Below, in pieces: positions 23,533 through 35,366 of a DNA stretch of 64,000 nt. The notes beneath the pieces are model-generated. The model was not told where the DNA came from and ran no database searches. It saw only the letters and a list, made by a program, of their open reading frames with translations. Each line of letters begins with the position of its first letter. Position 1 is the first letter of the stretch. Origin of the DNA: Azolla caroliniana (Eukaryota > Plantae > Polypodiophyta); the NCBI GenBank assembly GCA_043228905.1, contig JBHGNT010000015.1, positions 9,300,001-9,364,000 of the forward strand, given 5' to 3'. The position numbers were made by a program, and so were the translations under genes.

Positions 23533-26500
23533 CTATTCACCTTCATCTGAAGCTTCCTCCAATTCTCCCCTTAAGTCGACTATGAGTTGTAATCCACTTT
23601 CCTCGCTTTCCGCATCATCGCGATCTTCGTCCGTTTGCTCCTTGTCGGTCTTGTCTAGGATCACATAGGGTTCTTCTTCAGTTCTCTTCTTGAAAATCTT
23701 CACCCGTTTCCCGGCTATAGGCACTCGTAGCATCGTTCCATCCAACTCGCATAGTCGGTAAGTTCCGTTGTCGAAAACTTTCCGAACCTCATATGGGCCG
23801 AACCACCTTTTTGCAAACTTCCGTACCATTGTATGTTGATGATCCAAACTACTGTCATAGACAATCACCCATCAATCTTCCGTGATTGTAGTCGGTGCTT
23901 GGTGTCGAACCGGCTTTTGTTCCGGAGTCGCACTTCTTGTTGTCGGCATGACGCTTCCGCTACATCTTCCGGTCTTCCCTCCAGTTTTCGTATCTGGACC
24001 GCTAGTAGTTCTTCCCGGCTCATCTCTTCCTTCCATGGTAGCATTGTCCATGTTGCGATTGCGGTTTCCGTCGGCATTACCGGTGCTTGTCCGGTCATAA
24101 GTTCTGCCGGCATATAACCGGTTACGGAGCTATGCGTTGTCCGATCCGCCCATAGTGCATACGGGAGCATCTGCGGCCAATCCATCACCCTTCCGTCGCA
24201 TGCTTTGGCAAGTGCTTTGACGATCGGACTATGTCCTCGCTCGACCTTCCCGTTGGCTTCCGGATTGTATGCCGTTGTTAGTGTTAACCGAACTCCATGT
24301 TTGGCGAAGAATCCCCTAGCTTTATCAGAGTCAAGTTCTCCCCGATCCGCAATCACTTGTCCTACGCACCCGTACCTGCAAAACACTTTTTCCAAAAGAA
24401 ATTGACATACCACAGAACACGTTTTTCTTCGTAGCGCCCGACCTTCTCTTGATTTGTGAGATCTTCCCGAGCTAACACCAAGTACTTCTTTTGTCCAATC
24501 CCGGTTGGCATCGCTACAATGTCGACCATCCATTTGAAGTTGATTGTCGGTGAGAATGTCGGATGTAACTCATCTCGGTGTCGAACTCCGGAGTAGATTT
24601 GACACTTCTCGCAGCTTTCCGTGAACTCCGCGACATCTTTGTACATATTCTTCCACCAATATCTTTGCTTGATCTTCCCAAATGTTTCCCATGTTCCCCG
24701 ATGTCCAGCCCAATCAGATTCGTGAAATTCGGACATTACCTGGTTTCATTGCTCTTTTGTCCCGACTACTCGAAGTGGTATGCCACTCGGTCTTTTCGGC
24801 TCCCTCCATAAAAATCCATTTTTCAAGAAGAACTTTCGGACTTGCCGCTTCTTAATTCGGATCTCGGCTCTCTTCTCTTTATTGTCCGATGATTCCTCGA
24901 TTTCTCGTAGCAATTTCCCGATCAACAAGCTTTCTCCCTCGTATTCTTCTTCCCGGAATTCTTGGATTACGTCCACCCGGCATATGTGCTCCGAAGCAAA
25001 GTAGTCTTCGGAAACTTCTTCATTATCGGATTTGGTTATGTCATCTCCGAACCGCGCCATTGATAGCATATCCGCTACAACGTTGTCTTTTCCGGAGATG
25101 TGTCTTACCTCCGGATTAAGTGACTTAACATATGCAATCCATCTTAGCATAGCCACATCCGGTATCGTGCAACACCGCATCATCCCGAGTATCGGAAGAC
25201 AATCCGTTTCGATCACTACTTCGGCTCCGATCAAATAATGTCGATCCGATTTGATTGCCGACACGACTCCCCATAATTCTCTTTTAACTTGTGCATATCT
25301 GCATTGCCTTTCGTTGAGAACCTTTGCTCCGAATCAGATCGGATATCGCGAACCTTCCGGATCGGCTTGATTGATGACCCATCCGATTCCGGTTGGACTT
25401 GTGTCAACCGTTACTGTGATCGGTTGGTCATAGCCCGACTTCTTTAGTGCTTCTGCCCTCCGTAGTGATTTCTTGAGCTTCTTCACAACTTTGGTATGCT
25501 CCGATTTCCATTCAAACTTCTTACCCTTCCGCAACAAGTGATAGAGTGGGTCCGCTATATGTGCATAATGCGGAATCCATATGTGGTAGAATGCACATGC
25601 TCCAAGAAACCTTCGAACTTCGGATTGTGACTCGCATACTTCTTTCATACCTTGTTCATTGTATTCATCATATGTGCGACCGAGTTCGTCATGCCTTGTG
25701 GTAGCGTACATATCCGGACTAATCCTATCGGTGTCCGTATGGTAGTGATGTCTCGGCTCTTCACAGCTAGTTGGAATTGGTCATATCCGGAGTATAGGTC
25801 TCCGATGGAGTATATCGTGCAACCGGCAAATGCTTCTGCAAATTCGTCTACTATCGGACCGACTCCAGAGTTCCGGATCGTGACCTTGTTCACTGGTTGC
25901 AAATCTTGAATAAATCGGAGTGACCCATTCTTCTTCGGAACCATAAACCATCGATTTGAGTACGGAGCACTTGATGGCTCTAGAATCCCCATCGCCACCT
26001 TCTCCTTGAGCAAGTCGATGATTTTCGAAATATGTGCCGGTGGCACCGAAATCGGCTTCAGGTTCCACGGCACATGGTCAATCGTGAAGATCACCATCGG
26101 CTCCACTATCTTCGGGTCAACGCATCCTATTTCTTTCGATGTAAATGCAAATGCTCTCCCATGTCGCTCTAGTATCCCATGGAATCGTTCTTCTTCATTC
26201 TTTAATAGGAACCCACCTCCACCGATCCGAAGTTTCTTCCGGGTCTCATCCGTGAAGGCATGTCCGATATCCATGGACTTCTGAAGTGTCGGATCCCCCA
26301 AGACTTCTTTCCTCTTTTGTTCGCTATCTGCGGGTAACGGTCCTACAGCCGGTTTCACTTTCTTCTCCATGGTCTTGTATTTCGTACTTACCATTGCTTC
26401 TTCTTTGTGGAGTGCATCCGGCCCCATTTTCACAATGATCTCGTACATCTCGACCGACTCCACCGGAATTACCCGGTTTCCCTGGCTTGTATCTTCCGCG

Positions 26501-27569
26501 AGCTCTTCAAGCCGTTGTAGTGTGCTCACATAGAACACCTCCTCAACTATTCCCACGATTTCTTCGTCTTCTTTTATTATTGATGTCGACCGTAACTTAT
26601 CCTCCACTTTTCGGTATTCTTTCTTCATTCCTCTGGTTACGGCCGTGTACGTGGATGTCCCATCTGGACCGATTCGTACTTGTTTTGCACCGAGAGGTTT
26701 CTTCCTGTGTGGGGTATCAAGGCTTCTCGGACTATCACTTCCCCACTCCGCAACAATCCGCTCTAAAAATCTATTCTTGTTTGGGACAAGAGCTCTCTCT
26801 TGTTCCTTTCATGATTTGCCGGCACCGTTAGGAATTGGACGGATTTCCTCCATTTGGGCTCCGAATTCGCGCAAAAGTCGCACCGCTATCGAGCACCTTC
26901 ATCTCCATCCGTGATGCCGTGATAAAAGGTTGCCCGAGGATCACGGAGTGTGAGACCTCGTCTTGTATGAAGAAATTTTGGTCGATCTCGACATCGCCGA
27001 TCTTCACTGTCACATCCGGACAAGCCGCAAATAGATCTTCTGTTGCTTTAGTGGCCGCCCGGATCTTCCACCCATGATTCCTGTTAATAGGCCACTTACC
27101 CTTCCGGTAGAATTTCTTGAACATCAAGTTGATCTCCGATCCGTGATCAATCTATGTTAGCACGGGTTCTTTGATGTTACCAATTCGGACCGGAGTCTCC
27201 GTAGTTGCGCGTGCCTAGTGTGGCTTTGTGTAGTGAGAATTCGGTATTTCGTCCTCCAATTCGGTGTCATTCATTAGAACGGTATTTTCATTCACCCTTG
27301 GAGCGTTCTCCTCCGTACTTTTCCTTTTTCTCTTCATGAGATCCACAAGAAGATCGTGGAACTCCTTCTTCGCTATTCCGAGTAATTCGCGAAGCGAAAA
27401 ATCTACCCGGCTATCGAGGATTCTCTCCTCGAACACCTTTTTCAAGTCCGTTTGTTGTTTGATGTCCGAGGCGAGCTTGAATGCCAGAATCATCTTTTCT
27501 TTTCCCTTACCTCCGGAGTTCCAGCTTTCCGGTGTCTTCGATGGACCGGCCGCCTCATCCGTGTGCCGT
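23533..27569 (-). pseudogene. pol: Gypsy pol (protease, RT, RNase H, integrase), degenerate
   Basis: ORFs 26828-27127, 25645-26628, 25334-25711, 24746-25264, 24362-24736, 23865-24533 and 23533-23868. The RT YxDD region appears deleted near 25640. Confidence 0.9.
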
Positions 27570-27727
27570 TGTCATGAACCCATGACCATTATGGCGTCAC
27601 CCGGACTTGAACCTCGAACCTTGTAATCCATACTTGAAAACCTCAACCATTAAGATAGCTTATTGTTATATGAAACAATAAAAGCTACTTCTTGTATTAC
27701 ATTGATTATTGTAAAAACTCTAGATTA

Positions 27728-27791
27728 TTCTAGAATGTTCTAGAATGTCCTAGAGCATTCTAGGTCTAGAACATTCTAGAACATTCTAGAA
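27728..27791 (+). promoter_or_regulatory. Heat-shock element arrays in LTR U3 (also present in the 3' LTR)
   Basis: TTCtaGAAtgTTCtaGAA (27728-27745) and GAAcaTTCtaGAAcaTTCtaGAA (27769-27791), upstream of TATAAATA at 27817. Confidence 0.8.
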
Positions 27792-28015
27792 ATCTCTAAG
27801 CTATTCTATAGGAACCTATAAATAAGGGCATACATGTATTCTCAAATCAATTCGAATCAACACCAATCTTTATCTCTCATTACATATCTTGTATCCATTC
27901 TCTTTCTTTCTCTGTCTTATACATCCATTCTTCTCTTAGTATTTGGTTCCTTTCTTCTCGTGTTCTCTAATATCCTTCTTCCATCACTCTATCTTTTATC
28001 CTTGGTTCTGACAGT

Positions 28016-28021
28016 TTGATT

Positions 28022-28027
<6 letters not shown>
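28016..28027 (+). promoter_or_regulatory. Self-priming-type PBS
   Basis: TTGATTTGAATT is complementary (one G:U) to AATTCGAATCAA at 27849-27860, about 32 nt after the TATA box. No TGG tRNA PBS. Confidence 0.75.
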
Positions 28028-28072
<45 letters not shown>

Positions 28073-28144
28073 CCTCCTTTGTAACCACATCCTGAAACCA
28101 GGGCTGCCATTAACTCAGAAGAATATCTCACCCTTGTTGCAGAA

Positions 28145-29263
28145 ATGGAGAACCTTAAATCCAAGTTCGCATCTCTTGAAGTAGAGAATCAACGTCTACT
28201 TGGGGATCTACAAAAGGTTACTATAAAGAAGCAACAACAACAAGAGGAGTTCACGCGACGAGTGCAACAGTTAGAGTCGACAATCGTTGTGTTACAACAA
28301 CAAAGGGTTGAAGGTTAGGGACTTATCAAGGAGCCCACAATTAGCCTCCCAGCTAAATTTGATGGGTCGAGGGCACATTTCCGAGGTTTTTTGAATCAAG
28401 TACGGTTGGTGATTCAAATGCATCCCGCACGTTATCCAACAAATGCATCATGAGTCGGGCTAGTGGGCACTTTATTGGCTGGCATAGTGTTGTCGTGGTT
28501 TGCTCCATTGCTAGAGACCAATTCTCCTCTACTGAATAATTTCGAGGAATTTATCAAGGAATTTAAGGCTTGTTTTGGAGATACTGATGGGGCAAGAACA
28601 ACTATCAACAAGATTCGTACACTTCGTCAAGGTGATCAACCAGCTTCGACATATGCTGCCAATTTCCATCTCATCGCAAGCGATATTCCTTGGGATGAAC
28701 AAGCCCTAATGGAGCAATTCCGTTCAGGCCTTCGTAGTGATGTCAAAGACTTACTTCTTACCTTCCCTGAGGATCCAAGGTCACTTACAGAACCTATTAG
28801 TCGAGCAATACGGTGTGATAATCGCCTTTTTGAGCGTCGATGTGAGCGACAACAACAAATAACAAGATCAAGATTCACACCCACTTATGCATCAGTAACG
28901 GCGCAATCATCCCCAAGGCAAATGTATAGCCCTGCTCCAACTCCAAGGCAAACACGTAGTCCAGTCCCAATGGATAGTCCTGCACCCATGGAGATCGATA
29001 TGACTCAACGACGAGGACCGTTGTTAGACGAAGAGAAGCAACATCGTCGAGCAAACCATCTGTGCTTATATTGTGGAGGTCCAGGACATATAGCCATTCA
29101 TTGCTCCCGTAGGCCGAGACGTCAGGTAAATCAAATTCACTATGACAATAAAAATGAGTCCAACATTTTAGAAGCAGTTAGGGAATCTAATATTATGAAT
29201 AATCCACCCTTGTCCAATAAATTTGAAGTCCTACGCCAATTAGAAGAGGAGTCAAATGAATAA
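28145..29263 (+). pseudogene. gag: Chromovirus gag
   Basis: Coiled-coil N-terminus, PAKFDGSR, LRQG..Y..NF, FRSGL, PMEID, knuckle CLYCGGPGHIAIHC. Internal stops. Confidence 0.9.
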
Positions 29264-32200
29264 GTCTGGCCAAAATAGGAGCCATTTGGTTGGACAACCC
29301 TAGATATGTACAACCTAGTGTGGGTTCCATTTCTTCCAAGCATGTTAGTAGAGTCTTCTCAGCCCTAGTACAAGTTAGGACACCCAGTTGTCAACTTCAA
29401 GTCCAAGCCCTCTTAGATACTGGAGCCAATTCTTGTTTCATGGATAGAGATTTTGCCCAAAAACACCAAATATCCTTGCATACACTTCCTTGTCCTGTTT
29501 CCGTAGTAGTGATTGATGGACGCCCCATAACTTCCGGGAAGATATTTGAAGAGTCTGAGCCAATACACATACTCTTGGGTGATTTAGGATGTGTAGTTTC
29601 CTTTAACATAATCCATAGTCCTGAGCATCCAATTGTCCTCAATTTGCCATGGTTCGAGCTACATAACCCTAGAATCGATTGGAGGAAGCGAGAAATTAGG
29701 TGCCCTTTAGCAGAAAATATCATTGTCAAGGATCAAACTCAGGATTATCCTCCCAAAGTATATAGTTCTACCGATGCACCATATCCTTCTCATCAAATTT
29801 CAGCCATCACATTGCAACAATTGCGCCAAGTGGGAGGCAAGGAGGACCTTTTCTTATTTGCAGTATCAGTGACACCTTCTAGTGTCACTCAAGGGAATTC
29901 AGACATCCAAATTCCCAAAAAATATCAAGACTATGCTGATGTTTTCGACAAAGTCAAAGCTAGTGTTCTTCCAAAGCATCGGTCGTACGACTGTCCTATT
30001 GATCTCCAACCAGGAAAAGAGCCACCGTGGGGTCCGATTTACAATTTATCACCCACTGAGCTTGAGGTCCTTCGAGAATACATCGAGGAAAATCTTGCAC
30101 ATGGGTTTATTGGACATTCAAAGTCGCCAGCTGGTGCTCCTATCTTTTTTGTGAAGAAAAAAGACGGCTCCCTTCGTTTGGTCATGGACTATCGAGGCTT
30201 AAATAAAGTCACCATAAGGAATAGGTATGCTTTACCTTTAATCTCCAATCGCTTAGAACGCATTGGTGGGGCAAAGCATTTTACCAAAATTGATCTAAGG
30301 GGTGCATATAATCTTGTCTGAATTTGGCCGGGAGATGAGTGGAAAACAACATTTCGTACTCGGTATGGTCATTTCGAGTATACAGTCATGCCTTTCGGGC
30401 TCACAAATGCACCTGCAGTATTCCAACATATGGCAAATGACATCTTTTGGGATTTCTTGGATATTTTTCTAATCATCTACCTAGATGATCTATTGATTTA
30501 CTCTAAAACACAGGGGGAGCATGATATACATGTGCGGCAAGTACTTGAACGCCTAAGGAAGTATGGTCTTTATGCCAAACTTGAGAAATGCAATTTTGAT
30601 TGCAAACAAGTCGAATTTTTGGGATACACTATTTCATCCCAGGGTGTTTTCATGGACCCGGCAAAAGTCCACACAATATTAGAATGGAAACCCCCATGCT
30701 CAGTTCGGGATGTTCAGTGTTTCCTCGGATTTGCGAACTTCTATCGCAAATTCATACATAATTATTCAAGCATTGTGTTGCCCCTTACTCAACTCACCAA
30801 GAAAAATTAAGCATTTTTTTGGAGTATCGAAGCGGACAAGGCTTTTACGCAACTGAAAGAGGCATTCACATCAGCACCCATCCTAGCACATATTGATCCT
30901 GAAAAGCCATTTACTATTGAGGCGGATGCATCAGACTTTGCATTGGGGAGTATCCTATCGCAACCAGGCGAGGACGGGCAGACACATCCAGTCACGTTTC
31001 ACTCGAGAAAATTTACTGTTTTGGAGATAAACTATGAGGTGCATGACAAGGAGTTACTAGCTGTGGTTGACTCATTCGAGCAATGGTGTCATTTTCTAGA
31101 AGGATCACCTCATCAGATTATCATTTATAGTGATCACAAAAATCTCACATATTTTCAAACAGCTCGAGTATTAAATAGACGACAAGCTCAGTGGGCCCAA
31201 TTTCTAACGTGTTTCGATTTCAAGATCATTTTTCGCCTCGGAAAACAACAAGGGAAAGCAGATGCTCTGTCTCGGCGTTCGTATCTAGCACTTCCACCTG
31301 GAGATCGGGCCTTTGACAATCAAAAGCAAACTCTCCTCGGGCCATCAAAGCTACAGGTAACAATAATTTATGCCACGCCACTTGATTCTACCCTTCTGGA
31401 CATTGTTCGGCAACAACTTCATTCGGATGATTTTGCTAAGGATGTCTTAGCCCACTGTGGTTCAAGTCGTCCATCTTGCTCCACATTGCCAGGGTCATCT
31501 CAACATTATTAGGACTTCAAGTGGCAAGATGGCTTACTCTTCTACAAGAATCTCCTTTACGTCCCCGATGGATCACCCCGACTTCAAGTGTTGGAACATT
31601 GTCATGATGCCCCCATGGCTGGACATTTTGGTATTTCCAAGACCATTGAGCTGGTGAAACGTTCGTTTTGGTGGCCTCACTTGCAAAAATTTGTCGAAGA
31701 TTATGTTCGCACTTGTGACACCTGCTGTCACGCCAAAATACCCCGACATCACCCTTATGGCTTACTACAACCATTACCCCCTCCCAACAAGCCATGGCAG
31801 TCTATTTCTATGGATTTCATTACGGATCTACCACCTTCCAAAGGCTTTGATACTATTTTAACAGTAGTGGATCGGTTCACCAAGATGGCACATTTTGTAC
31901 CATGTGTAAAGACCATCAATAGTGAAGAAACTACAAATCTCATTATGCGTGAAGTGTTTCGCCATCATGGTCTCTCGAATGATATTATTAGCGATCGAGG
32001 TACTCAATTTATCTCACTTTTGGAAGCACCGATGGGCAGCCCTCAAAATCTCTTGCAAACTCTCTTCGGCTTATCATCCACAAACTAACGGACAAACAGA
32101 TCGCACAAATCAAACGTTCGAGCAATATCTTCGATGTTTCATTAGTTATCAACAACACGGTCCACTCTTCTACCAAAGTTACACCTTTCTTTGCCTACCC

Positions 32201-32922
32201 CGGCAACCACCCTCGATGGTGTATACTTGATCTTCCCGAGGTGTCACGAAACCCTAGTGCGGCGCATCACCTCCACCGACTACAACAAATCCAGTTCGAG
32301 TTATCGTCACATCTTCAGAAAGCACAAGCACACCATAAGACCAATGCTGATCGACATCGTCTTAAGTCTCCGTTTAAGGTTGGTGACCGTGTATGGTTGC
32401 TTCGTCGTCACATCAAGACTACCCGACCGTGTGCTAAGCTTGACTATCAACACTTAGGTCCTTTTGTCATCATGGCGCAGATTAATGATGCAACATTTCG
32501 TCTTAACCTTCCTGCACATATGCGGCTTCACCCTCTCTTTCATAGCTCTCTTTTGGAACCTTGCCGCACCTCTTTAATTCCTAATCGTGTCGTGCCACCA
32601 CCGGCTTCACCCTGTCTTTCATAGCTCTCTTTTGGAACCTTGCCGCACCTCTTTAATTCCTAATCGTGTCGTGCCACCGCCGCCTTCTGTACAACTTGTA
32701 GATGGCCCCGAATACAAGGTAGCTGCTATTCTCGATTCTAAGATTGTGCGCAATAAGCTTTATTATCTAGTTGATTGGCTTGGTTATCCTCCGAGTGATC
32801 GCACTTGGGAACCCATCGATAACGTTTGTAATGTTGAAGCTCTGGTCAACGACTTCCATTGTCACTATCCAAACAAGCCCGGCCCAACAATGTTAACGCC
32901 GACTTCCACTCGACGTTCTTGA
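29260..32922 (+). pseudogene. pol: Chromovirus pol: protease, RT, RNase H, integrase, chromodomain
   Basis: ALLDTGA, FVKKKDGSLRL, IYLDDLLIYS, EADASD..DKELLA, HDAPMAGHFG, ISMDFITDLP, YKVAAILDSK..YLVDWLGY..TWEP. Confidence 0.95.
32523..32680 (+). repeat. 79-bp tandem duplication that frameshifts the chromodomain
   Basis: CGGCTTCACCC...GTGCCACC starts at 32523 and again at 32602. Confidence 0.92.
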
Positions 32923-33375
32923 AGGAGGGATAGTGTCATGAACACATGACCATTATGGTCACCCGGACTTGAACCTCGAACCTTGTAATCCATACTTGAA
33001 AACCTCAACCATTAAGATAGCTTATTGTTATATGAAACAATAAAAGCTACTTCTTGTTTTACATTTATTATTGTAAAAACTCCAGATTACTCTAGAATGT
33101 TCTAGAATGTCCTAGAGCATTCTAGGTCTAGAACATTCTAGAACATTCTAGAAATCTCTAAGCTATTCTATAAGAACCTATAAATAAGGGCATACATGTA
33201 TTCTCAAATCAATTCGAATCAACACCAGTCTTTAGCTCTCATTACATATGTTGTATCCATTCTCTTTCTTTCTCTATCTTATACATCCATTCTTCTCTTA
33301 GTATTTGGTTCCTTTCTTCTCGTGTTCTCTAATATCCTTCTTCCATCACTCTATCTTTTATCCTTGGTTCTGACA

Positions 33376-34635
33376 GCCGTCGCTTCTCATCTACATACAC
33401 TTCATGCAATTGGCATAAAGCAAACACACTATTCTTATCGACGGGGCACTCCCATCCCGTAGCTTCCTAGATGCCTTCCGCGGTGCTTTGGATCTTGTTA
33501 GAGTCGGTTTCTCGGTGTTTTCTAGCACTTCCGGCCAAAAAGACACCTTTGCTCCCAATGACTCCCCGACACGTATTCCTGCGGTTGTCGCGTAATTGTT
33601 CTCCGCCGCTATTTCCTCCTCTAGGACCTTCTTCATGCTACCTTTTCGGAAGTTCGGTCAGAGCGGCTTCCGAGAGTCCATCGAATGAATCCGATTTCCC
33701 TCGTAGTAGATAAGATCCTGTCGTAGCGCTTCGTTGTGCTCGTCGCAATCCCTCCGATCATGTTCGGTGCTATCGCACCATATGCATCGACGGTCCATAT
33801 ACTTGGAACTTGTGGGACAGTCATCCGACTTCTTCACCATCACGATTTTTAGATTCTCCATCTCCTTCAGCAACGGCTCCACTGTAGTTGCGTCGATTCC
33901 CTTCTCAGTCGTAACTTCCCGAGCCCACGGTTGATGGTTTTCTGATCCGGATCTCGGTTTCGGAATCGGTTCCGAAACCCTCTTTTCTTCGTTGGCAAGC
34001 CATTGCCCCCTCTTTGTGTATTGCGCGACGATATCCCGCACACTTTCCCATGTTTCGGTGAGGCCACTCTCGGTAGTCATGTCCTCTAGAAGCACTCCAA
34101 GATCCTTCCGGTCCCGGACATCTACGGCTCGTAAGAACATGGTAACTTAATCCGGTACGAGGAGAGCTTGATCTCTCGCAGACAACCTCCCGAACTGACT
34201 TTCGAATGTCGAAAACACATCGAGGACCTTCATCCCCTTGTCCGGTGTTTCCACCCAATCCTCGAATCCTCTCCGTGTTGCCTTGGAGGAGTCCTCGATA
34301 GCGAACGTGGTCTTTAGCGCCTCTTCAAACACTTCCCATGTTGGATTTTGTTGTCGTAGCCCGTGGATACTTGCTTGAAGCCCGTCGGTAGCCACCCGGT
34401 TGAAGGATGTCACTTGTAGTCCTTCCGAAATCCCGCACCATTACATTTCCGCCTTGTAGTCCCGAAGATAGCGTGATACGTCCTTTCCGTTGAATTGCCC
34501 GATCCGTTGCACGAGCCGCTCTACTGCCGCCGCTATCTCCGACATCGCACGTTGTTCTTGAAGCATCTGCTCGAACATCATCATCATGTTGTTAGCCTCC
34601 GGTTGATTTTCCATCTCCTTGCCACCCGTTTTCAC
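33376..34635 (-). pseudogene. gag: Gypsy gag (5' part of 21702-35366)
   Basis: ORFs 34441-34635, 34147-34413 and 33658-34140 with a CCHC knuckle. Confidence 0.85.
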
Positions 34636-34652
34636 GTCGGGTTCACGACTTG

Positions 34653-35366
34653 TGTCGTGCCTTTCGGCGCCGGATCGTTGCGTGAGTCGGGTGGGAACCG
34701 CTGAGGTTTTGGACTAGGAGAAAAGAAAATTCTAAGGCAATTAAGAATATGAAATATATTGTAAGAAAGAAAGATATGAAAACTTCGTGAATCCCACGAG
34801 TATAGTGTATTAGTGAGTACTCAGATTAAGAGAGAAAAAAAAAAGTTAGCAAATTCGTGAATCCTACGATTATATTATATTAATGCACCCTTGTAAAATA
34901 AGCAACAATCCCCATACATCTTTCTCTCCTCCTTATATAAGGATGGAAGAGGCTAAGCATAGCTTTCTGCTTTTTCTAAAGTGTTCATGCACACTAAATG
35001 TGCATGAGTTGCCGTTTTACACTATGCTTTTATTTCCTAAATATAGTGCTCATGCTCGCTAGATGTGCATGAGTCATTTTTTATTGGTGTACATTTTTCT
35101 TATAAATAAAGTATTCAAGCATTCTAAAAAATACATGACTTACCTTTTAATAAAGGTAGGCGTAAATAAAGCTCTTATACGTATTAAATCTATATTTAGA
35201 ACACTTAGGATAAGTTAGTACAATGTTAAGGTTGGGGTTTGTCTACGTGGAGGTACAAGGTTTGAATAATAAATATTTTTAATATTTTATTTTATTTATT
35301 ATACGTACTTTAAATCTGATATAGTATTTTACATATTTCACGTAGTGTGTGATTCACACTACGTTA
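34653..35366 (-). repeat. 5' LTR (type A) of the gypsy element
   Basis: Partner of 21702-22431, with a short deletion near 35266. Followed by GCGC. Confidence 0.92.

Larger units (their letters stand above)
27570..33375 (+). mobile_element. Full-length chromovirus (Ty3/gypsy, Tcn1-like)
   Basis: LTRs 27570-28013 and 32934-33375 differ by roughly 10 substitutions and one 2-bp indel by eye. Perfect TSD GCCGT. PPT GAAGGAGGGATAG at 32921-32933. C-terminal chromodomain. Confidence 0.96.
21702..35366 (-). mobile_element. Fungal-like non-chromoviral Ty3/gypsy element with three LTRs
   Basis: Matching LTRs 21702-22431 and 34653-35366, plus a divergent third LTR 22569-23476. Splits copia RT at KGY|AQTHG. 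Minus-strand gag (GQFNGKDVSRYL, CIWCDSTEHDRRDC), protease, RT (VPKKNGSLRFIQDLQPVN), RNase H and integrase. Confidence 0.92.

Noticed and set aside
28027-28068. (CT)n and (GA)n microsatellites here and at about 1530, 3432, 19648 and 39316
   Set aside because: Common in plant LTR leaders; no additional structure.
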